Shown here: one piece after another, positions 53,905-64,000 of the stretch
How positions within the stretch are numbered: position 1 is the first letter of the stretch
Layout of the letters: each line of letters starts with the position of its first letter
Source: Chrysomallon squamiferum
Lineage: Eukaryota > Animalia > Mollusca
Reading direction: 5' to 3'
Assembly: GCA_012295275.1 (NCBI GenBank)
Contig: CM022679.1
Span: 19,158,001 to 19,222,000 of the forward strand
Length of the DNA stretch: 64,000 bases
Notes under the pieces: model-generated
Seen by the model: only the letters and a program-made list of their open reading frames with translations
Told to the model about the DNA's origin: nothing
Databases searched by the model: none
Made by a program: the position numbers and the translations under genes

Positions 53905-54140
53905 TCTCTCTCTCTTCTTTGGTTATTATTGTTCATTTATTAGTAACGTAAGAATTATAAATTGGACAAGGAAATAAATTAAAGCAAAAGTAATTTGCTA
54001 TGATTTTCCTGGAAATATCTCGAGGCACTTCATTGAAAATATTTGTAAAGCAAATAGAAAAAAAAAAAAAAAAAAAGAAAGAACTATGTCCGTTTAGAAT
54101 TATGCTAAACTTATTACCTTATTGTTGCATATTCTTTGGT
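53706..54140. repeat. Diverged local duplication flanking a (CT)n tract
   Basis: AAATTAAAGCAAAAGTAATT...TATGATTTTCCTG and CCTTATTGTTG.ATATTCTTTGG occur at about 53707-53790 and again at about 53976-54140, the second with an insertion. Confidence 0.75.
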
Positions 54141-54547
54141 TTCAAAAATAATTATAATATTTTTGCAAAGATTATGTATTATCGTTCGGCAGCTTTTGTG
54201 AAAGCTTTGTGACATACTGCAACAAGCCAGATATAAATAACAAATAAATAAATACCAATACAATTATCAGGATTTAACACCGCTCTGTCGCGAAAAATGG
54301 AAACTATATATCAGATATTTTATTTACCATGACAGGGCAAATATATTTATATAAATAAATATGAGTGGAGGTATGTAACTTATTTATAAAAGCTATATAA
54401 TAAATGTTTGAGAGTTTCTATTAAAACAAATCAAATGTTTTAGTTAAAGACGATTGTTTAAGATTGCGAGATTTCAAATTTTAATATTATATATTTAAAA
54501 AAATAATAATACCTGACTGTTCTTACTGTTAACTTTGTTTTTTCGTT

Positions 54548-54594
<47 letters not shown>

Positions 54595-54923
54595 CCGGAT
54601 TTATACCTTAACTACGTTTTATTTTTGTGACTATTTTCGCAGAAACCTGACAAGTAGCATAATATCTATTCTAAGCACCCCGGTGTGTTTGATTACAAAA
54701 TGAGTCACTGAGTCAGTTTTTAGAGAATTGTACGTTTATAAGTAATGTTGTTTTGTTTTTGTTTTCTTAATTCTGAGGCGATTTAACCGGTGTAAAGAAA
54801 GGCAAAGGTGGTTCCCCTTTTGTAGTAGTAGTAGTAGTAGTAGAACAAGTAATAATAATAATAATGAACTTGTGCAGGAAGAAACCAAATGTAGAGGTAA
54901 TTCCTGTCGATTTGTGTGTAGGA

Positions 54924-54955
<32 letters not shown>

Positions 54956-56068
54956 GCGCGCGCGCGCGCTTGTCTGTGGCATGTTATATTTGACATGTTA
55001 CAAAATATTATCGGAGATAATCTTGTATCATAAAATATATTCCAGGAAAAACAATCAATCTGAAGTACATTTTCCGGTAACGAAGGAGAACGTCATTCTT
55101 TTTGTAAAATTAGACATTATATTTTAACTGTCTTTGTGTAGTTTGAATGACATGCTACAAAAACACAAGTGTATAAAAAAAAATAGTAATAACATTTTTT
55201 AAAATTAAAAATCAAATAAAAAGATATCAAAGCCAATATACAAAGAATTTCTCAGACTGAGCGAATTGTCATTGGAAATGGAAGCTAGTCATTTTAAAAA
55301 AATTTAAGAATTTTTTTTTAACTGTATATATATATATATATATAAACACTCACACAAACACACAAACACACATAATTGTTTGTTATTATTTGTTTGTTTG
55401 TTTGTTTTTTAAATGATGCCCTAGGCGACAATACGTCCATTTTTTATTATTTATTTAATTTTTTCTTATGCTTGTTATTGTTGTTGTTTAGAAGAAGGTT
55501 AGTTTAAAGGTTGTTTTTTTGTTTTGTACGTTTCTATTTTTTCCCAACATTATTTATCACTAGTGGTTATTAAAATATTCTAATGTTTTTCCACAAATAT
55601 AGTTATTAAAAAATTATGAAAGTGTTTTCGGAAAATACATTATCATTCTTTTTAACTTTTTTTTTTTTCTGGAGTTTGACTCAGAACGTTTACTAAGAGC
55701 AGTAATAAAAATAAATAAATAATAGAAACGACGTGCACCAGAGGAAAAACTGAACAAGGAAGAAACCCTATACAAAGGTGAGTCCCCTTGATTTTCCGGT
55801 TAAGACTTGTCCAATACAATGAATGCCGTGAAGTACTTCAATTGAAAATTCTGATGATGTCACTGGTGTGCATTTATCGGAAAAAGGTGCGGCACAATAG
55901 TATATATTATCTTCCAGCTATCAGAGTCGGTGTAGCAGTCCCAACAGTTCCCCCTTTATCTCTAAAATGGTGTTTTGTAATGTATCAAAATGCCAAATCC
56001 TGGATTATTAATAATTCTTTCAAAATCATTCTTGGTTTTGGCATAAACAACGTTACATTGTTGAATTA

Positions 56069-56302
56069 TATACATGCATTTATAAAACGTGTTGTATGTA
56101 TATGTGAATACATCCATGTGTAAATACGTGTATGAATATAAATATGTATATGTATGACAGTGTATATGTATATGTGTATGTGTGTGTGTGTGTGTGTGGA
56201 TAGATATATCCTTGAGTATGTATGCATATAAAACGTATTGTTTGTATGTGTGAATATATCCATGTGTAAATACGTGTATGAATATAAATATGTATATGTA
56301 TG
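56069..56302. repeat. Direct duplication of about 88 bp at 146-bp spacing
   Basis: TCCATGTGTAAATACGTGTATGAATATAAATATGTATATGTATG at 56113 and 56259. Confidence 0.85.
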
Positions 56303-59300
56303 TGCATGTGAATGTCTCTGTGTGCATTTATATGTCTGGCCCGCGAATACTTTTAATATTATATATGTATTCTTTGTTTGTTTGCATTATGTACAAGATG
56401 TACAAGATGTACACATATAAAGTTTGATTTTAAATTATTCTTAAAATAACAAATAATATCACTTACTTCCTTTAAATTTTATTCAGTATATCTTAAAATC
56501 ATGTAATTATACAAATTTCTTATTTTCTGCTGCACACACCGATATTTTGAACTAAATGTGTCACCTGTCTGCTGTACTAAATGCACTGAAATATATAATC
56601 AGTTTCTAAATGTTATCAAATAGAATTGTGTTTCTCAGTATGTGAACATACTGCAGATGACAAATTATATTCTATATATTTAACCAGCAGTACAGAATAA
56701 AGATACGAGATAAAGAATAAATACTCATATCAATGAAAACATAGGGCTTAATAACAATTTTTGCATCAAAATGTGTATTGTTCATGCATAAATTATGTAT
56801 TAATAAAGTGATTAATGACAATAAACTCTATATTTATTAACGTATACATTTCAGAAGAAAACTACATCTGAACATTTTTTGTAAGCACAGAATCTACAAT
56901 AAAATATTATTTTATAAATGATTATGATACTGAAGACATACACTTTGAATAAAAGTTTAATATATGATTTACATAATTATGTACATTCGTATTTTATTTT
57001 TATTTTTTTAATCTTTCATTTTGACAAAGGTTATGTTGTTCGGTCACATTTGGGTATGAAATATCATAATTAACATTCACTGCTAAAATAATAATAATTA
57101 TAATTTTGTGCTGACACAGGCCGATCGCGGCTAGACACTATTAGTATTAGCGCAGTAGCGTTCAGCTTCTTCAAATTTCTAAGCAATGTTAGTATCTGCA
57201 TTGAAACAGGTCATTAGACTTTACAAGTTGAAATAAAATACCTTACAATCTTTACTGTAAATATTTTTATCAAATATGCTTAGTTCATTTTTCTTTTTAA
57301 AAGATTATTGTTATGTAAACATGAACGAAGTCGAAATGACAGGAAGCTATTATAGTAGGAGATAATAAAAATTCGCAGTTGTCCCAAACCTGAAGTACTT
57401 AATAAAGGACTTTTTTAAAAGGATGGTTTTTTTTTAAAAAAAAAAGGTTTTCCAAAAGGATTGTTTCAGTTAGTTAACAAATACTTTTTTTTTCATAAAT
57501 TCTATAAATATATAATTATATTATCTTGCTTAAGCCCTATAAGCGACTTTAGTCTACATTGCTTCAAAATTTTAATCCAAATCTGAGATTACGTCGTTAA
57601 ATTTAATTTGTTTCTATAGTGATCTGAAAATACTCCAGTGGTTGGCCAGATCTCCGTTTTGCTTACAAAGAGTGTCCCAAATAGTTAAAGCTTCAGGGCC
57701 ACAAAAATGTACACCCGCCAGTGTCGCTGATTGTATTTTCACTTTCTGACATATGTAACAGTTACGCAAAGTAAAACAAAAAAATCAAGTTGTAATTTCC
57801 TTTGGACTTTTTCTTTATTCAAACCCAAGAAATATATATTAGAGTTGTTTTCATCTGTTCTGTTTATTACGGTATAAACAGTATACTACTGTATAATTAA
57901 TTAAAAATATACTAAAAATGCTATAAATGGAGCAAAGATGACATTAAAACAATATCTGAAAATGGTTGAAAGAAAACTCCTACCAAGACTATAGTGTTTG
58001 AAACATATTATTCTAAAGGGCGGCTTCTCGCTTGTCGACGAATTCGCTTAACGATCCAGTCGCAACAACAGAATTTGACGATTATATGAGGAATGCCTTT
58101 AACTATGAAAATATCGTTCGCAAAACAAAAATATTTTAAAAATTTTAAAAATCTGTAATGTCTGTGTGAGTGTGGGTTAGAGCAGAGATATACGGGCGAG
58201 ATTTCTTATCGATTGTATTTTTAGATATTATTCATCACTAAGGAACAAAGTAAACACTTACTGGTAATTCCCCTTAAATTTCCTCTTAAGATATTTTTCA
58301 GGAATAAACATGTATACACATGCAGATTATTGTCTACGACGGACAGAAATTCTATTAACGTTAAACACGAGCGAAGTGCCAATGTGTATGAACAGAAATT
58401 TGGATCATGGCCAGAAATTTGTGTACATATCCAGCAATTTATTAAAATGCGACGAGTAACTGCCTTTTTATAACGTAACGTAACGCTGAATTTGCAGAAT
58501 AAAAATCAATAAAATAAAAAAATTATAATAATAAATATATAAAATAAAATAAAATAAATAAAATCCTCTGTGTTTTGGCATAAAGAATTAAAATTTTGGC
58601 CAGTAATACTGAAAGCCATTATTAGAATTGCATGATTAAATTAACTAAAATATTTTCGTGACATATTAATTACAATATTGCATTTCCATAGTTGACTAGT
58701 TAGTCAGTAATTGGCAACCTATTTTTTATATAATTCTTAGGAACCTACGTCTTCTTCTCTCTCTTATTATCCAAATAGTATTGCTTTGTCTGCAAACCAA
58801 GCATATACGTTGTAAAACTACTTTTTATTCGGACATTCTATTTAAAGTACACTTAAGAAAACAAAATGCCAAGGTAACTCCCCGTTAATTTTCGCAAAAT
58901 ATTTCAACTTCACCGGTGTAACGTTTTAAAAAAAAAAAAATCGTCCTTGTTAAATTCACATATTGTAGAGTTAGATATTCTCCGAAACATGGGTAGGGAT
59001 ATCCAATTTCGTAAAGATTAAATCGTTTTTGCTTTCTGATTTATATATCCGTTTACAACCATTCTAAAACAGGTTTGTGAAAAAAGAATTATGACTATTT
59101 TTTTTTTTTTTTTTGTCTGATTGTTGGTTTCTTATTTTCTTTCATTGGTTCTTTAAAGCCCTTTCGAATGAAAATACCTTGGGTCCATTCCTGAATTATA
59201 GACTAGTTGTAATCTGAGAGGTCTAAAGTATATTAAAAGCTTTTATACAACTATAATTTACATGTTCTATATTGCTTTGATTTCTCTAATAAACAGACTT

Positions 59301-59576
59301 CTTTAAATTGCACCTAATAATGATGATGATGATAATGAAATAACCTTAATGTCATTTCAAAAATTCAGCAATGAATTTTGATCACTGTCATTTATTTATT
59401 CATTATTTATTTTATTTTATTTTATTTTATTGTTGTTGTTGTTCTTTCTGTTTTCTTTTTTTTCTTTTTTTCTTCCGCTTTTACCTGTGATACAGACTTT
59501 TATGAATTGAATGCGATTAACGTTATGGTGACTTTTAAGAAATTGGCAAATGGCAAGAGTACTCCTTCACTGGCAT

Positions 59577-59724
<148 letters not shown>

Positions 59725-60377
59725 CATACACAGAGAGTTAACACCTTGACGGTGCTACTTTGCCTTGTGATCGATGTGTCATGATATTACTTTGGCGTGT
59801 GATCTACAACTTAAAGGGCGATCTACAGCAAAAAACAAAACAAAACAATATCTAGGAAATTTCTATAATATAAGAGGAAGATTTTAAAATCCTTAAAGAT
59901 TGCATGGTACATACATAAGAACATCACATCCAGGCAAATTTCATTTCTGATTAGATATACGATTTTTTATTCATTCCGACGAATAGCCAGCATACTCCAA
60001 TTTAAATCGTCTAAATTTCCAATACTCAGGCAATTCAAAGAACATTCCAGTCAACCTTGAATATTTCATTTAGCTATAGATGAGGAAGAATGATAAAGTT
60101 CTTTCTCTTGCATTTCTAGCAGATGTTCGCTCAATTCATCGATAAAATTATTCAAATTTGTATACTTTTTAGATCTTGTTCCTTTAAATTATAAATACAT
60201 AATAAAGAAAAAAAAATTAAATTTATGCCCTGAAAAATATAAGAAGAAACCAAGAATAAACAAAACATACCAAAGTAGAATTTGCTCGGTGTAGATCAGT
60301 AGATCGCATAGATCACACGAAAAACTAACACTCAACTTCACTTCCAGTTCTTTGTACTAAATTATTATTATTACTAA

Positions 60378-60412
<35 letters not shown>

Positions 60413-60477
60413 CATCAAATAAAAAATTTGTCATTAATTTCGGTTATAATAAGTATATATATAATTTAATATTTGTA

Positions 60478-60748
60478 TACTATTCAAAAGAAGTTAAGGG
60501 TCAAAAACATTTGTGAACTTAAAAATAAGCTAATATTAAAATTGTGACGACTAATGGCTTATTATTTATTTGATGGCATAAGAACAAACAAAAAACACAA
60601 AACAAATAACTTTTTCTTGGAAACTAGTTTACTACCCAGATGGAGAAAGTCATGCACTCCCAAAAATGATGTTCACACATAAAAAAAAAAAACATATTTC
60701 CAAAATAGATTAAAAAGTTCCTTTGACCTTTAACTTCTTTGAGTAGTA
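60478..60748. mobile_element. About 270-bp MITE with Tc1/mariner-like TIRs
   Basis: Left TACTATTCAAAAGAAGTTAAGGGTCA and right TGACCTTTAACTTCTTTGAGTAGTA are imperfect reverse complements with TA at both ends. No ORF lies inside. Confidence 0.7.
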
Positions 60749-61782
60749 GCAGTAGTAGTATATATATATAATTTATAAGAAAATCTATTTTAATCGTTTT
60801 TTATCACAAAACTATTAGTTTTCAGACTTTATGTTAGACTGCAGTGAAACTGATAAATGACTGATTCATATATCCAATTTTTTTTTTCCATATTTGCAAA
60901 ATAATATCTTTTGTTATTGTTGTTATTATACTCGAAATACTGTCAGTTATAAAAATGACCCGCTTTGGTATTCAGTTCCAAAATAGCAACATACTAGTAG
61001 ACCAATTATTCTAACATATTGTTATTTACCTTACAATGCAGCTATTTTCGATTCCATTTATCAGTTTAAGCAGGAAGGCAAATGCTTTTAATGGACGAAT
61101 GCTCGTATTTTGGTTATCTATTCATTAAAAATATAAGAACAACCATGAAAACATTAAAATACATTCTGTTACTAATAATTAATATTCATCATTCTAACAG
61201 CAGTAGATTTCTGTGGAAGTAGTTTTTGAATTTTATTTTTCAGTTTACACATTAAGCAATGTTCCAACACACACAAACATATTAATCGTTAAAAAAAACA
61301 CATAATAAACATTTCAGAAATTGGTTGTTATTGACAGACTATTCATATCTTATTTTGGCAGTATATCGCAACACTGTTAATGTCACTGATGAACAAATAT
61401 CTGACCAAAATGTCAAGAAAGAGTTTGATGTTAGTAATTACTTGGTTCATTCACAATTTCGATGTGTGTATTATTATATAAACGTTTTTTATACTCTTTT
61501 CCTTGTCTAACAAATTAGTATATCAAAGTTTCACAGGATAACACGTTCTAAAATATTATAGGATGATCCTAAACTAAAATTACCATCAACTTCCAAATAC
61601 CGGGATACTATCACTTTTGTTTGATTTAATATGGTGAGATTTTGCAAGGCTAATACAGTTTCACAGTACTACCTGTCCTAAATTAGTATCTAAACTCAAA
61701 ATAGTTTAAAGTCGTTTCTAAAGTGCATTTGAATAACGAGCATTGTAACAGTCACGCGCGAATGAACAGAAACCAAAAGAAA

Positions 61783-62172
61783 GAAACAAAACATTTCGCG
61801 TTAAGCTGGTTTTCCTCGGGAACTGTATATCTCAGTTTAAGAAAACTGAAACGTTTTATTTATCTCAATATCATAAGGCAGTTCTATGAAACACGAGGGA
61901 ACGAAACAAAATATTTCCCGTTAAGCTGGTTTTCCTCGGGTACAGGGTATCTCAGTTTAAGCCAACAAGGAAAGAAAATTGAAGGGTCCGAACTGAAACG
62001 TTTTATTTATCTCAATATCATAAGGCAGTTCTATGAAACACGAGGGAACGAAACAAAAAATTTCCCGTTAAGCTGGTTTTCCTCGGGTACAGGGTATCTC
62101 AGTTTAAGCCAACAAGGAAAGAAAATTGAAGGGTCCGATATCATAGGACAGTTCTATTAAACAGGAGGGATA
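61783..62172. repeat. 147-bp tandem duplication with diverged partial flanking copies
   Basis: 61844-61990 and 61991-62137 are identical apart from one substitution I can see. Partial copies lie at 61783-61841 and 62138-62172. Confidence 0.93.
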
Positions 62173-62435
62173 GCTGTATTTTTTTCTTAACAAGGGAAAC
62201 ATTTAAATCGTTTCGAGTAAGTTCATTTTCTATTATCATCGTGTGGTAACAAAATTATCTTCATACTATAAATTAAAAATTCAATTCAGTACAGTTAATA
62301 AGTTGTTAGTATTATATCTGAATTTATTTTGGCCTTCCTGCTTTATATCTTTTTTGAATATATATTTTTTAAGAACAATTTACATAAAACATCGATTTTT
62401 GTCTTTCCTCCTTACTTTTTTATTATTTTCTTATT

Positions 62436-62513
<78 letters not shown>

Positions 62514-62840
62514 TCTTTTTTTTTATTTTTTTTTTATTTCAAGAAATAATATATACCTCTGTCAGTGAACTGCCTGTTGTAAGGGAGTTTATGCACAGAC
62601 AATACGTGATCAGCAAAGCAACACAATTTACTCTAACCATTTGACTAACCATTATTTTATATTTCTTATTTACTCATTTGGCTGATTTCGTTTGTGCTTC
62701 GTTGTTGTAATATTTAGAGGAAACAATTTATATACATGTTTGACAATAATATCATTTCTTACATCATTTAAAATATTCACTTGATCGAAACTTTTCTTTT
62801 TATTTCCTTTTCTTCTTCTTTTTTTTTAATTATTTATTTA

Positions 62841-62929
<89 letters not shown>

Positions 62930-63380
62930 TTTGTTTGTTTGGGGTTTTTTCCTCACTATCACTGTTACCCTTCGCTTTGTGTTCTCCCTTCTCGATCAGT
63001 TAAGCTTTTCCATTTGAGTCAGTTTAAGTTTTTCATTTAACTGTTTGATATAGACTTAACATTAAGGAAAGAGAAAATAACATTAAATTAATGTAAAACC
63101 TGCACTCGTCCACTTCAGTATAAACTTAATTCGAAGGTCTTGGTGCTACTGATCTGGAATATTACTGGGAAACCCCTCTAAATGAAGTAACTATCGATCC
63201 TAAACTTTCCTATTTTATGTAGTAAAGGTACGAACAAAAACAAAGATGTATCTGGGAACACGAAGATTAAGCTTCGATATTTTCATAGAAGATTATCTTC
63301 TGAATGCTTTTAAGTTTTATAGATAGATCGTTCATTTAATGTTATTTTTTGTATTTATTATTACATAATAATAATAATAA

Positions 63381-63423
<43 letters not shown>

Positions 63424-64000
63424 AACCAGGATATAAAATACACAGTCATCTAGTCTTAAGTCATGGGACTAAAAAGGTTTTTAAATCATGTATCATTATC
63501 ATAATTATTATGGCACATAAATATTTCTTGATATATCAAAAATAAAATTTAAAAAATCAACTAATAAACATTTATCAGCATTGTTCATAATTAAAATTTA
63601 GTAACAGAGTTTCTTGATAACATAAAAATAATGGCATGTCCCTGCAGAGCAGATAATATTTTTATGTAAATGATGATAAAACAATAAAACCCATATCATT
63701 CTATATGCGGTACGTGATCAAGTTTTACAATAATAAACCCCAACTCTGAAAAGTACTCATACATTCACTTAAAGTTTACCTTTGTGATTAAAAGAAATAG
63801 TCCGAATACTTCCAAGTTATGTTTTATTATTTAACAATCTTAATTAGTAAACAAGTACAACAACAAATTAATAACATATAAAATCGTGAACAGGGAGAAC
63901 CTGTACAGGCTGATCTCAACGCTACTCTTACTGCGTTTCTTAATCTAAAATGGAGACTTTCAAATGTTTTGTAAATTTTCTGATATATTGACCTACTTTG

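Noticed and set aside
61723-62160. 145-aa ORF with internal repeats
   Set aside because: Product of the 147-bp tandem duplication, with a non-ATG start and no protein motif.

Overview
AT-rich, microsatellite-dense animal genomic DNA; the repeat content suggests a mollusc or gastropod, but that is inference. The window holds one clear host gene on the + strand: a rhodopsin-family neuropeptide GPCR of the SIFamide/NPFF-receptor group. Its architecture is unusual. Two intact, paralogous first coding exons (4882-5164 and 23392-23689) each encode a glycosylated N-terminus, TM1 and TM2, and both end in a phase-1 GT donor. I find only one exon 2 (46107-46206, ECL1-TM3) and one exon 3 (48898-49696, DRF-TM7-tail). 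This predicts two full-length receptors (393 and 398 aa) with variable N-terminal/TM1-2 modules on a shared constant region. The introns carry fossils of Tc1, MULE, Tigger/pogo and SWIM-domain transposons, tRNA-type SINE fragments, MITEs, a compound foldback structure and tandem repeats. Most ORFs in the supplied track are microsatellite artefacts.
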